This document shows positions 1 through 13,299 of a stretch of DNA of 64,000 bases, piece by piece. The notes beneath the pieces were generated by a model. The model worked only from the letters and a program-made list of their open reading frames with translations, was not told where the DNA came from and searched no databases. A program made the translations under genes and the position numbers. The stretch lies in NCBI GenBank assembly GCA_010909165.1, contig MU008176.1:550856-614855 (forward strand). The letters are read 5' to 3'. Each line of letters begins with the position of its first letter. Positions within the stretch are counted from its first letter, which is position 1. Source of the stretch: Anthoceros angustus (Eukaryota > Plantae > Anthocerotophyta).

Positions 1-869
1 AATTCTTTGCGCGTTCCGGCATTCCGTGCCCCATGCGTTGCACTGCCGCGAGGCACCTTCACTCCACCTCCAACCCATCGATGGGCATGGGCCATCTCTC
101 CACGGTAGCGAAAATGAAATCTTTGTGCATTGCGGACAATCCGAACCTCCAATACCATGAGTACCCATTTCCCGGACGTGCCTCACATTTCTCGCCTCCC
201 GGGCATGCCTGCTCTCGCCACAGTGAGTCGTGGAGTGGATTTGCGGGCTCTCCCACTCCACACCGGCTCCCCACGTCGCCGAGATTCGCGACCGTCGCTT
301 CCACGGCCTCCTCCGCGCCGCCGTCCGGCATGCGTGATCCTCTTCGCATGGGCGCCCGGCGGCGTTGCGGCTCGCCGGGCGGTCACAGCGCCAAAGCGTG
401 CTCAAGCCCCATCGCTCCAACCTCGCCGCCGGCGCGAACATTTGCATGTCGCCGGCGTTCCTCCACTTCTCCTTTCGTCCTGCGGCCCGGGCCTCCACCT
501 CGCCGCCTCATGATCGTCGTGCTCGGTGGATCGTCCGACGCTCTCGTGTCGGCGCCCTCGAATGGATCATACTCGCTGCAAACACACAAGTTGTGAGGCT
601 CCCAGAGATGCCGACGCATGCTTACATTTCTGCCAGGCCACATAGCCGCTTGTACGCTCGTTGTGGGCGGCGGCTGTCGCCTCCTTGAGCCGTACCAAGC
701 ATGGTGGTGGGCAATGGAACGCCGCTGTGCAATCCACCTGCAATCAGCGAGGTTTGAGAATTCATGGGTGACGCGGATGCGGCTCGCGCTCAGGCCGACC
801 TCTGTCTCCACTTGGTGCACCTCCGAGATCGGCGTCACGCCCCTCCCAAGGTGGGTGCGCCCAATCGGT

Positions 870-1700
870 GATCACCCGCCGCGCCAGCGGACGCCACTCC
901 ACCTTCCGTTCGGACGGCGCCAGGTTGTCCATGGCGTCCTCACCTCCCCTCCCCTCCCCTCCCCTCTTTCCTCGCGATTGCTCCTTCCTGGCGCCGTGCG
1001 GCCGCCCCTCCTCCTCCACCGCCTCCCGTTTGAGCGCACCCATGGCGCTTTCATTGTGCGGAATCATAGGTCCACTTGCGGCCTCGGGATCGTCGAGATC
1101 CCCAGCGGCCGCCTTTACTCGCCTCCTCCCCGCCGCATCCGCATCATCCGCAGTGCCAACATGTGGAGTCATCGCCAGTCTGCGGTGCGATGCGATGCCT
1201 ACGCACCCTCAAATTTCTGCGTGCATTTTGAAACATTGGTGTGCGCATCGCACTCGATCCGTGCGGTGCACATCCGCAGCGATCGACGTCCACAACGCCC
1301 CCTCCCACGGTGGCTGCGCCAGTCGGTGGATCCTGCCACCGCGGCCAGCAGGCTGCCACTCCACCTCCCGTTCGGACGACTGCAACGGGATGTCCATGGC
1401 GTCCTCCCGACCCCTCGCCCCCTCCCCCTCCCCTCCCCTCTTTCCTCGCGATTGCTCCCTTCCTGCGCGCACGTGCCGGCCGCCCCTCCTCCTCCACCGC
1501 CTCCCCGTTTCGAGCGCACCAGCAGGGCATGCTTTCATTGTGCACGGAATCATAGGTCCACTGCGCGGCCTCGGGATCGTCGAGATCCCCAGCGACGCGC
1601 TTTACTCGCCTCCTCCCCGCATCCATCACGTGCCGCAGCTGCGGGCATATGCCAACATGTGGAGTCATCGCCGCTTCCTCTCGCGGCCGCGGTGATCGTC
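870..1700. repeat. Indel-rich tandem duplication (~870-1215 vs ~1330-1700)
   Basis: Shared blocks, e.g. CCACTCCACC[T/C]..CCGTTCGGACG...CCATGGCGTCCTC and GGAATCATAGGTCCACT, in both copies. Confidence 0.8.
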
Positions 1701-3752
1701 ACGAGGCTACCCACCTCAAATTTCTGGCGTGCATTTTCGAACATTGAGCTGCCGTGCGCGCCGCACTCCTTACAGCGATCCGCTGCGGTACAGCAGCGAT
1801 GCCATGCGGCTACTGCGGCTACTCAAATTTCTGGCGTGCATTTTCAGCAAACATTGATGCCGCCGCGCACTCCGCCACAACGCTCGAGGCGGTTGCACCT
1901 CAGCGTCGCGGCTGCCAATGCAGCAGCCGCCGCTCGCAACCTGCCCGAAATCGAAATCGTCATCCGCAGTTCCAACGAATTACATGAACCGCATGGCGGA
2001 ACCTATGGTACCTAAGCTTGTCGGCAATTCGTTGGGCGTTCATCATAAGCTCGCACCATCACTCCCTTCCCAACCGCAACCACCCTTACATTTTTGCCTT
2101 CACGGCGCACTTGGTTCACTTCCACCCTCGCATCGCCAAGTACGCCATAACATGGTTCTCCGTCGCGGTTGATATCCTCGAACAACGCTCCATTCTTGTC
2201 ATTCCATTCCATTTCTCCATACCGCGAAATCAACCAATTCATAATACCTCATAGGCCACCTCTCCACAAGGTCGGTGGCACTTGATGCGTGCACACAGGA
2301 AAACCAAATCCTAAGGTCGTCCCTTTGCGGCTCTCCTTTCCGGTACCTCTTCCATCCGGCCAGCCGAACACTTGGTGCATGAAAATGTGGCACTCCACGG
2401 TCGGTAAGACCTCTCGCGATAATTTGTCCACCGCCACTCCATCCGGTCCGTCCCTCGCCGGTGCGGTCGTGAGGCGGCAAGTTTCTCTGGATAGCCCTCC
2501 ATGCGCGGACACTGGCTTTGATGGTCCTCCACAAATGCCAAGAACTCGGACAGCTCCCAATAGTTGATGGGAACCATAGGCCACGCAGAATGTACTCGCG
2601 AGCTTTGCATCTCCCACTCCTCCCCGCCGCCCCCGCCCCCGCCCGCCCGTGCTTGCCGAGACCAGACATGCGCATGCGGCACCGTGGCATCATCTACAAC
2701 ATGTGGAGTCATCGCACCTTCCCCGGCGGTTGCTGCGATGCGCATACCGCGCACTCAAATTTCTGCGTGCATTTTCGTGAAACATTGATGCCATCGCGCA
2801 CGCATCGCACTCTTACAACGATCCGCATGCGGTGCACATGATGCGCGTGCACATACTCAAATTTCTGCGTGCATTTTCAGCAAACATTGACTGTGCCATC
2901 GCGCACGCACTGCACTCCTTACAACGATCCGCAACTCGAGGCGCTGCACTATCGTCGCGCGCTGCAATCTGCAGAGCCCGCCGCCTCGCAACCGCAAAAT
3001 CGAATCCATCCGCAGTTCCAACGAATTACATGAACACTGCATGACGGAACCTATGGTACCTAAGCTTGTCGGCAATTGCTGTTGGACGTTCATCATAAGC
3101 CTGTGCTCTGCACCATCACTCCCTTCCCAACCGCAACCACCCTTACATTTTTTGCCTTCACGGCGCACTTGGTTCGCCCACCCGCACTCGTGATCCCCGC
3201 CAAGGCACGCCATAACATGGTTCTCCGTCGTTGATATCCTCGAACAACGCTCCATTCTTGCATTCCATTTCTCCATACCGCATTTAAATCGACCAATTCA
3301 TAATACCTATTAGGCCACCTCTCCACAAGGTCGGTGGCACTTGATGCGTGCACTGGAAAACCAAATCCTAAGGTCGCCCATGCTGCCCCTTTCCGTACCT
3401 CTTCCATTCCGACGGCCAACCGAACACTTGGTGCATGAAAATATGGCACTCCACCGGTAAGACCTCTCGCGATAATTTGTCCACCGCCACTCCATCCGGT
3501 CCGTCCCTCGCAGTCGAGGCGGCAAGTTTCTCGATAGCCCTCCATGCGCAGACACGGCTTTGATGGTCCTCCACAAATGCCAAGAACTCGGACAGCTCCC
3601 AATAGTTGATGGGAACCATAGGCCACGCAGGAATGTACTCGCGCGAGCTTTGCATCTCCCACTCCTCCTGCCGCCCCCTTGCACGCCGCCCGCCCGCCAG
3701 GCTTGCCAGACCGCATGCGCATGCGGTCACCGTGAATTCCAGCGGTCATCTA
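1652..3752. repeat. ~1.05-kb tandem duplication (1652-2696 vs 2697-3752)
   Basis: CAACATGTGGAGTCATCGC at ~1652 and ~2697; CCGCAGTTCCAACGAATTACATGAAC...CTATGGTACCTAAGCTTGTCGGCAATT at ~1963 and ~3009. Differences are mostly 1-3 nt indels. Confidence 0.85.
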
Positions 3753-4539
3753 CAGCATGTGTGGGAGCTACCTACTCGCTGTTGTCCAGCTTCCCCTCTT
3801 CAATTGCAAGCGCCAGCCAGGAAAACCCACAGGCGCCGCCTCCGCTCGCCGCCGATCTTGGGTTCCTCATCCTCCTCCACAGGCACGGGCCGGCGTTGCC
3901 TGCACCACCGCCACCGGCCGCTTCCTTCCACTAATGTCACTGCGTTTCCCTTCCGACCACCGGCGCGTCTTCCCCTATTCCTTCTGCACTTGGGTGGCGG
4001 CGGTAACCACCGGTGGGCACCGTCGTCTGCCCCAACCCCAGCAATCCCTATTTCAAAACCCATGCTTCCCCTCGCCCACCTGCATCGAACTAGTGGGATG
4101 CGCGCCCGGTACATCAGGCTGGATGCATCCTCAGGCGTTCCCTACCCCCGCCCCCGCAGCGTCGCGGTACGGTCTTCCCATCCTTTGCCCGACTCCATAA
4201 AGTCGGTGGAAAGCAGATTATTCTGCAACGGATGATGGGATGCGAACTCCTTTCATTCTGAAGGAATTGGGCTACAAACCCGTGTTTGTCAACCATTTGA
4301 CCAACGGGTATGCCCGATCATTTCATGAAAACTGCATGAATATTTGGCATGGAATGAGCTTGCGTTTTGGTGATGTCCCCACCACTTTCGGCTGATTTCA
4401 TTTCCATGCACCAAACCCGTACTTTTGACATCACCCGGAACCTACCACATTTCATTTGCGGTCCATCTTTGCATCGTCCATCTTCGTGTTTTTCTCTGCT
4501 GCGCCAGACACTTATGGGTAGGGTCAATCACTAACCAAA

Positions 4540-5650
4540 ACCTCACCAAGTCGATGTGAACACCATGCCACCCACCATGGTCTTTATGCATGATGGACAT
4601 TGTGCATACTATGGAGCAGGACTATGACACATATATGGGTGCATATCTAGAAATACCTAAAATCATAACCCAAGGAAAAGGCGAGCATGGTGTTGGTGGA
4701 CATATACATTATTTATTGAAGGCCAAGGAGAAGTAGGATTATACATAGACCCAGTGGGTTTTTCCTATATATGTGGCTGCCCAACCATGGATTCCAGTAC
4801 AGTGCCTATCCCTCCCGCTCTTATATGTCGGGAGAAAAGTCCAGCCTTTGGACCAATCTAACATGTTCATTGCCCATTGATGGCATGCACATGGTATGCA
4901 TGTCATGTTGCATGCTTGACATGCGATGTGTGTGAACATGTCTACCTACATGCTCCGTCATGGCACAATCAATCTATGTACATCGTGATGCATGTTGACC
5001 GTACTATGACACATATATAGGTCGTGATATATATTGAAAATACCTGAAAATCAAAACCCAAGGAAAAGGGCGAGTATGTTGTTCAGTGCATAATTATCAT
5101 TTGTTCGAAGGCCAAGGAGAAGTATGATTATAAATAGATTTGGTACCATGGGGTGCGGTGTACGTGATTTAACTGTTTCCTTGGACTTCGACAGACGGGA
5201 CCACTGTACTTGTCTATATATGTGGCCTACCTAGCCATTGATACTTGGATTGTAGATGTTTTTGGATGGAAAAGGGTCCATCCTTATCGCTGCGGCTCTT
5301 CTTCGTGTCTTGGAAAAGGGCGAGCATGTTGTGCAGTGCATAAATATCATTTGTTCGAAGGCGAAGGAAAAGTAGGATCGTAAATACATCCGACGTGCCT
5401 ACCATCGGGTAAGAGGTGGCACGTGTTTCAACCCGTTTCCTTGGTGTTCAACAGACAGGACCACTATACATGTCTATATATGTGGCCTTCCTAGCCATTG
5501 ATTCTTGCATTATACATGTTTCTCTGGATGAAGAGGCATACTCGCCCGGAACCCCTTCTTTCTCCTTGTGACATATGGGATCGGTGGGGAGCATCATGCA
5601 ACCAACTTGATTTGACCTTTTCCTTTGCTCTGCGGCGAAGGACCATTGTT
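4540..5650 (-). repeat. Tandem array of ~350-450 bp modules (left array, inverted relative to 11450-13200)
   Basis: Recurrent CCAAGGAAAAGGGCGAG[C/T]ATG...GCATAA.TATCATTTGTTCGAAGGC[C/G]AAGGA; the reverse complement occurs at ~12045-12125, ~12445-12510 and ~12865. Confidence 0.8.
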
Positions 5651-7499
5651 CATGTCTATATATAACGATTATGCACCCTCATGCTTTATTCCCATTGTCA
5701 ATTGTAGTTGACCAAGTGCATATGTTGATTGCGGGTCATTCTCCTTTGCACATTCAACCGTGCTCCATAGTGCGGCAGCGTGTGGGAGGCGGCGTCTCGT
5801 CTTTTGGTGTGGGCAGCGTGTGGGCACCGTGTGGCGGCGTCTCATACCGCATCAATTGCCATGCCTCCATTCGCATCACTCCATCAAGCGCACTTGTCTC
5901 CCATAATGCATGGCTATTTCGTGATTTGCATTTGATGAATTTAAGGCATGTTAGGCAATTTCTGCGAAATTTAGGCGTTTGGGCATTTTGCACTATTCCG
6001 CATTGTATACATTTTATGTATTTCCGGCATTTTGGGCAATGTCGGTGGGCATTTTTCTTTGGTTTGTTGGGTGGGAAGGCGGGTTGGGGGTGGGCGGGTT
6101 GGGGTTATTGGTGTGGGTTGGGGTTCATTGGTGCGGGTTGGGGCGGTGTGTCTTTGTTGAGGCGGGCCTTGGCGGGGTGGCGCATCTTGGGCTCGACACA
6201 GCGGCGGGCTCGCCCTCTCCGGGTGGCCGATCGGGGCGCACTGCGGCTGTCGTGGGCGGGCCGGGTAATGGTGGGAGGACCAGGCGGGATGGGTCGAGGA
6301 TGTGGGTGACGGACAAATCTCCAGCCATGAGGCGCGGAAGGCCAAGCGGCAACCATGCCATCGAAAAATGTGAAGTGACGGGCGTTGGCCAAGATGGGCC
6401 ATGTTCACGGATTTTATGGCAAGCAATATGGGATGGACTTCATGGGCGGTACACGATGCGAGAATATGGCGCGGACTACGGAAATATTAATGCATAGCGA
6501 GATGGTGCGTAGATTATGGCGGATGCCTAAAAGGCATGTTGGCGAGGAAGGATATGTGGATGGTTGTGCAATGGCCATGCGCAGGCACACCGCTGCTTCG
6601 CCTTGTCTCCAAAAGCAGACCTCCCACCACGGTGGTCGACCGCTCATGCCTCCAGACATAGACCGGATCGAAGGGCATTTCATATGCAAGGCTTGTTCCC
6701 TAGCTCGGATATTGGTGTGCGGTCCGGACACAATGCTCGGGCGGGCGTGATAGCGCATCATTCGCACTTTACCAATAGTTTATTTGAACATATCGGACCC
6801 AATATGTTATTGGGACACATATATGTCTGACATCTTCGCGTGTGGCGGGAAGGAACCATGATCGGGACCACCGGCATGTTTGGCGGAGCCCGGAAAGTCA
6901 AAGCGGGTGTCATGTCGCTGCAACCGGAGCGGCGGGCGATCGCGGCAGCGATGAGGGTGTTGAGTGCAGCGCAGCATGCGCTGCAAGATGGGGCGGTTGC
7001 GCAAGTGGAAAGTATTGCAGCCACATGTAATGCGCAAGCGCGCTCGTGAGCCAAAACTTAGCTGGCCGCAGCCACCTCCCTTAACTCGAATCTTTGTCGC
7101 CCATGCCGGCGCGGCTATGTCGCGGGCGGAGGAATATGGACAATGATTTGATTTTCTGGCTGCAACCCCTCACCCCGAACACGCGCAATGCTTGCGCATC
7201 TGGCCATCCATCTCCTTCCTGGCGCGTCTGTCGTCCCACATCGAGGCGCGCACACGGTTGGCGGGCGATGTGTAAGGCGGCAGGCGCGGTGTTTCACCAG
7301 CACCATGGCGTCGCTCGGAAGACACGTGAGCATTGCACATCGGCCGTAGCAGCGTGAGAAGAAATTGTGGGCACATTCTTGCTGGCACGCCGAAGACGCG
7401 GATGGGGCGAATATGCCCCATGTAAGGTCATCCGTCGGCCCCCACGGATGGGGCGGCGCCGTCGCGCCATCGCCCGTTCGCGCACCCGGGCCGGGCGTC

Positions 7500-10400
7500 A
7501 ATTCGCCGGGCGCGCGGCGCACCCTCTTCACGGCGTCGATGCCCAATATCGGCGCGACGGCTCACGGTAAGCCGCCATCGTCGGATCGCTCGGAGGTTCA
7601 ACGTGGCGTCGGTGGCCCATCCACATATGGCGGGGAATGGGTGGGCGGATCGCAATCCGCCCGCGGTGGTGGGAGGATGGAGGCGGCGCGAGTGAGCCGA
7701 GGCCGCCTCCCGGCGCCGTTGGGACAATCCCATTCACGCAACTCGGAATCACGGGTTGGGTATAGGCCGCGGAAGAAGCAAAGAGCGCGGGCGCCGTCGG
7801 TGATGATGGCGGGCGGGCGTTGGCTCACAAAGTATCGGGTACAAGTACCGCTGGACAAGGCTTTGCCAAGGTCGACTTGGGAGATGGAGAAGCGGCGGGT
7901 TGTCTTCGTGTCGCGCTCGACCTCACGCAGTGGAGCTACGGTGCCCTCGGCATGGTGGGGGCGGCGTGACAAGACGCCGCAGCACGGTGTGTGCGCCATT
8001 GTTGAGTGCGAGGCTCTATTCGACAAAACTGGCGGCAGGGTCCGGGCGCTTTGTGGTCCATGCCGGTTGCGTCGCGCACACACAAGTCCGGTGTATCGGC
8101 GACATTCACCAATTTCCCCCGGCCGCGTCACAGTCTTGGCTGATGCAAATCTGTACATCGGGGCGTTAATTTACACCGCGGTGCAGGCGGGAGCGAGCGG
8201 GCGTCGCCGGAGGTTTACGATTGGGTGCGGAGGAGGAAGAAGTGGATGTCACCGATGGGATGGAGGCGGGCGTTGGCGGTGTGGTCGTGGTCGCTCGGAG
8301 GAGAGTTCAACAACGCCGTCGGCATCCCCGACCTTGAGGCACCCGCATCCCACGCCTCGACCCTCGGGACATGTGGGAGGAGGCACAATTTCCTCCCCTA
8401 GGCCAGCAGCCAGCGCCTGGTGAGCCCACGTGGGCGGGCGCAGAAGTCCAGGCGCGCGGCGGGCGCGTGCACGCCGTTCATGGAAGCGTCTCGCGGAGGC
8501 GGAAGAGGCTCTCGCTAACGGCATGGCAACGGACCTTTTAGTTGTGGAAGAGCTCCGCACACCACCGCAGTGGAAGGGGAAGGCGCGTCGGCGAGGAATC
8601 CGGATCGCCGAGAGGTTCTTTTCTTGAAATTTTGGGTCACTTGCGGAGAAGGCGGAATGGCGGATGCAACCGATCGGTGCGGCTCTTGCAAGGCTGCAAC
8701 ATCTTGTGGAGGCGCGAGCCGAACTTCGGCGGAAGGGCTCGCCGCATCCGGATGGTGCAAGGCATGGACGGGCTGGAAATGTTCGACACCGCCACCATCC
8801 GAGGGGTTCTTCGCGCGATCGTCTCCCCGGGCTGGTCCGCCTTCGCGGATATGGACGACCGCAGACCTTCGATCCATGGCGGAAGAGTTGCGAGACGCGA
8901 ATAGCACCAACTTGAGGTTCGCGATGGATGAGGAGGAGATGCCGGCACGCGACCACCGCGCCGTGCTTCAGGCGGCAGGTGAGGCGGAGAAGGCGGCAGA
9001 CGCGCGCTTATGGCATTCCGCGGCGGCGAAGCGACGCCGCATGCTGCGATGCGGCGTTTTGATGAGAAGGCTCAGTATGCCGTCCGAGCAGCGGGAGCGG
9101 CGATTCGAGGACCTCCTAACCCTCCGGTGAGCGAAGATGCCATTATTTGCACATGGTGCCTCGATGGGGTTGATAGCGGCTTTGGTGATTGCGTTGAGGC
9201 GGGCATGGAGTGCCAACAAGCTCGACAATTTCGCGGGGAGGGACCTTTCCACCGTTTAGAGTGCGATCGCACAGTGCACGGGACACGGTGATGTAGTCCA
9301 CGAGGTTGGAGCGATGGGCCAGCGGGCCTACGTGACGGTGCATCGGCGAGGCTGGAAGTACTGCAGGTCGCCGTCATTTGTGGACGGCGTGTTCGACAAG
9401 CGTTGGCGGTGCACATTACCACATCGCCACGAGTGCATCCGACCCCTCGCACATGGTAAGATATTTGGGCATGATTGATGCAAAATGTGCGAGTGCGCGG
9501 CCGAGATCCTTGTGCGAGCCATGTTCTTGACCACCTCACATCCGCAAATGGCATTGAGGTGAGTCGTCCCATGACATTTGCCACACTCGCACGCACTAGG
9601 GAGCCAAAAGGATGGCGTGCACAAGGAGTGGAAGGATGCGCAGAGGACGTTGAAGAGGGCTTTTAAGACGGATATGTTGACAACCCACCCACACCATGGC
9701 CATCCTCCAAGAACGCAGGGGCTCGGCGGGCGAAGGCAGCGGCGATTTCATCGGCCGAGTCCGATGGCGGGCTCCGGATTTTTCAAGCATGTGGCCGACG
9801 AAGCCCTCGCATGTCAGGCGGCGGTGGCGCGCATTCGGAAGAAGGTGCGGGACCGCTTTTATTCACCTGCACGCGTTGGCGGGTGGGTGGGAGAGGGTTC
9901 GGCATGTGGTGCACTGGACAAGAGGGCCATGTTGGAGTGTCTAGGGAGTGCACGCGTTTGAGAGTGTCACCAAGTTCTTCACGCCACGCATGGATGCAGG
10001 CGGTGGCGTTCTGGCGGAGTGAGATTCGAGGCACTTGCGCGGTTTAGAGAAATGTTCGTGAAATCGTCGAGAGATGTCATTCGGCGATAGAGCGCGCTGT
10101 TCACCTTCATCACCGGAGTTTACTTCAGCGTGCCAATGGTGGTCGGGCAAGTTCCCCTCCGTTTGGGCGGTGCCTCGATCGAGGCGTGCTCACACTCTCG
10201 CTCCCGCTCTATGTCTCAAGCTCGTGATGGCCACGCGGGTGGCGAAGCCATCCGCATGAACTCCGTGTATGGGCGCTTGAAAGGCCGGCCTCGAGTCGGA
10301 CTGCGTTTCATTAGAGGCGCAAGTGGTTTTCGAAGTTGTGTTTGTCTGGCCCCGCACAAGAGGGCACTAATGTGAAGAGACTTTGAGCTGTCCGCACTCA

Positions 10401-10600
10401 TTTCTTGGTTTGCGATGGCCGGGTACGGAAAATCGAGGCAACTGCACCCACGTGGAACAGACGGCGATTCACGTGATTGCTTTCCGTCACCAATTGAGAA
10501 TGGGCGAAACAAGGTCGGGCGCAATAATACGGAAAACCGTAGGGTTGGCGGTGGCATTTCGGGCGGTCGAATGGCGCGAGCGTGCATCCGCGAGGAGGTT
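7500..10600 (+). pseudogene. Heavily frameshifted multi-exon ORF remnants; 3' part weakly resembles a tyrosine recombinase
   Basis: Fragments ALFTFITGVYFSVPMVVGQVPLRLG (~10095-10170), RP, FEVVFVWP, ELSALISWF and THVEQTAIH occur in a YR-like order across frames. GAG|GTGAGT splice donor at ~9559. Confidence 0.25.
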
Positions 10601-11449
10601 CAATCGGCCGCGGCCGCCGACAATCAATGGGCAAATGGAAAGAGGTGCAGCGGTGGGGTTTTGGGCGGAAGGTCTTCCGTGGGCGTGCACCGGTACGCAT
10701 GGCGGCTCGAGGTGGTGCTACCGCCGAGCAAGGTTGTTGTCATTGCGACAATCCGAGGGTGGACAGCTCAAAGTTTTTCTGTACATCGGATGCGAGGCCG
10801 GGCGGGGAAAAGACAAGCTCGCAGAAGTGTGCGGCGTGGAAGTGCGGTCGGCTGCGGTTCCGTGCGGGTGCTCGGCGATGAGACAGGCGAGGTAAGCCCC
10901 TTGCATTCCAGCGGTGAGGTCTTGGGCATGGCCGAGGAGTTTGGTGCGTGTGGAAGACGGGATGCAGAGATCTGCGGATGCGGAGGGAAGGCGCTTTGGT
11001 GCATCATCGATGGTGAGCCCACTCACGCACACCATCCGTCGTTGTACGCTGTGCCTTATGCGGTGGGAGGAAGTCCTTGAATGTCGGTGGAGGCGGGCGG
11101 TCGATCGGCGGAGGGCGGGAATGGCCTCAAAGGAGGTGCATTTTGATTCGGCGCCGCAATCACCGGAGGCATAGCGTGAACTTGCAGGGTGGCGATGGCG
11201 GCAGTGCTCATATAGCAATGGCCGATCGCGAGTGGAAGAGTGGTTGTGGAATGGCGGTAGGAAGGGCGGGGCCCGCGTTTGTAATCGGTCCAAAGCGACG
11301 ATTTGCACTGTAGTGGTCGGTGGTCCAAAGCACAACGACTTGTGTTTCGTTTTCATGTCTGTATTTATCAAAGTCCTCGGCCTATGGCCCAATGACGAAA
11401 ACAACATGTTGTTTTCGTCATTGACCAGCCGAGACTAGTGACATGATTT

Positions 11450-13200
11450 TACGTTGACGCCCAAGGACTAAAATGTAATCCTGACGGATGGTCCGAATGG
11501 TCCGATTCATGTGTAGGAAGAAAATCCATTTCCCAACCAACGGTACCTATCACCTTACCCGCCTATATATACGAAGACAAGGCCTTCCCTTTGGACCATC
11601 GGCCGTCATGAAGGGAAAATACTCATTGGCCTTTGGAGCTTTCACATTGGCAATGAAGGGAACAAAACTCCTTGGCCTTTGCACCAATATGTCAATCAAT
11701 GAATGGAAGGAAGACCTTGGCCTTTGGACCAAACCGAGAATCACCAAATGAAACCAAGTAGGTATCGACCATTGCGATGTCATGAGCATTGCGGTACGCA
11801 TAGGTGCGCCATTGCGACAACCGCGACGACGCTCCCACTAGACAATGCGGTGCCCAAATGTGAGAAGAGGGGAAAAAGAGAAAACGAAGGGACGAAGTAT
11901 GGCTGCCTATCCTTTAAGACAAACATGTACAATCGAAGAATCATAGGTTGGGTAGCCCACATATATAGGCAAAAACCACCGGGGACTCTCGATGAAGTAC
12001 CACCTCACACCCGATGGTAGGCACTTCAGATCTATGTAGAATCCTACTTCTCCTTGGCCTTTGAACAAATGATATTTATGCACTTAACAACCTACTAGCC
12101 CTTTTCCTTGGTTTATGATTTTCAGGTATTTTCTATATAGGTGCGGTGACCTATATATGTGTCGTAGTACTGTGCCTTACAAACTTCGCGATGCACATAG
12201 GTTGATTGTGCCATGACACACATCTAGGTAGACATGTTCACATGACATGCCATCATGACATGTGGTCCATCAAAGGCCAAGGACGTTTCTTCCTATATAT
12301 AGGCGGTAGGCGGGGATAGGCAAGTAGCGTGTAGTTGGTAGTCCATGGTTGGGTAGCCCACATATATAGGCAAAAACCGAACTGTTGATGGAGTGCCACC
12401 TCACAGTCGATGGTAGGCAGTTAGGTATATTTGTAATCCCACTTGTCCTTGGCCTTCGAACAATTGATATTCATGCACTGAAGAACGTACTCGCCCTTTT
12501 CCTTGGGTTATGGTGTTTACGTAGTTTGAATATAGATGCGCTGACCTATATATGTGTCATAGTACCCTGCCGAACATGCATCACGATGCACATACATGGA
12601 AAAGGTGCCCATGACAGAGCATCTAGGTATACATGTTCACATACTTCACATGTCAACCATCCATCCCGCATGCATGCATACCATGTGCTTTCCATGTGCA
12701 CATTTTCCTTGGGTTTTGATTTTTAGGTCTTTTGTATATAGATTCGTTGGCGTATGTATGTCGAGTCTGCGTCAACATATATCACGATGCACATGCACAT
12801 GGTATGTATGCATGATGCGTTGACATGTGATGCATGTGACCATGTCTACGTAGATCTGTCGTGGGCACCTTTTCCTTGGGTTTTGATTTTTATGTCTTCT
12901 CTATATACTGGCACGTGACCTTTATATGTGTCATGGTACCCTTCCTCACATGCATGACGGTGCACATACATGGATTGTGCCATGGCACAGCATCTAGGTA
13001 GAAATGTTCACATGCATCACATGTCAACCAGCCATCATGCATACATACCATGTGGATGCCATCCATAGGCAATGCACATGTGACATTGGTCCAAAGGCGA
13101 AGGACTTTTCTTCCTATTTATAGGCAGGCAAGGCAGGGAAAGGCAAGTAGCGTGTAGATGCCATGGATAGATGGCAGGAACACATCGGAAAAGGACGGTA
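11450..13200 (+). repeat. Tandem array of modules (right array) with several TATA-like boxes
   Basis: CCTTTTCCTTGGGTTTTGATTTT and GATTGTGCCATG repeated; 12860-13190 is the reverse complement of ~4760-5070. Confidence 0.8.
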
Positions 13201-13299
13201 AGTGGTAGGTTGACTAGCGGTCAACGACTGTCCGGACTCCAAGCAAGCTGTTAGCGCAGTTAGAAGGTTGGAGCTAATTTGGCTGCAGCGGTGGCAACA

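Larger units (their letters stand above)
59..4200 (-). pseudogene. Degenerate GC-rich coding remnants of unknown family, probably TE cargo
   Basis: Frame-hopping on the minus strand gives protein-like stretches (WPMVPINYWELSEFLAFVEDH...HIFMHQVFGWP...DLVERWPNRYYELVD at ~2012-2700 and ~3050-3750; FATVERWPMPIDGLEV at 59-349). No known domain recognised. Confidence 0.3.

Noticed and set aside
9130-9290. KDZ-transposase CxC2-like motif (CTWC...DC...C...PFHRLE)
   Set aside because: Only a few residues match, and no KDZ catalytic motifs were found downstream.
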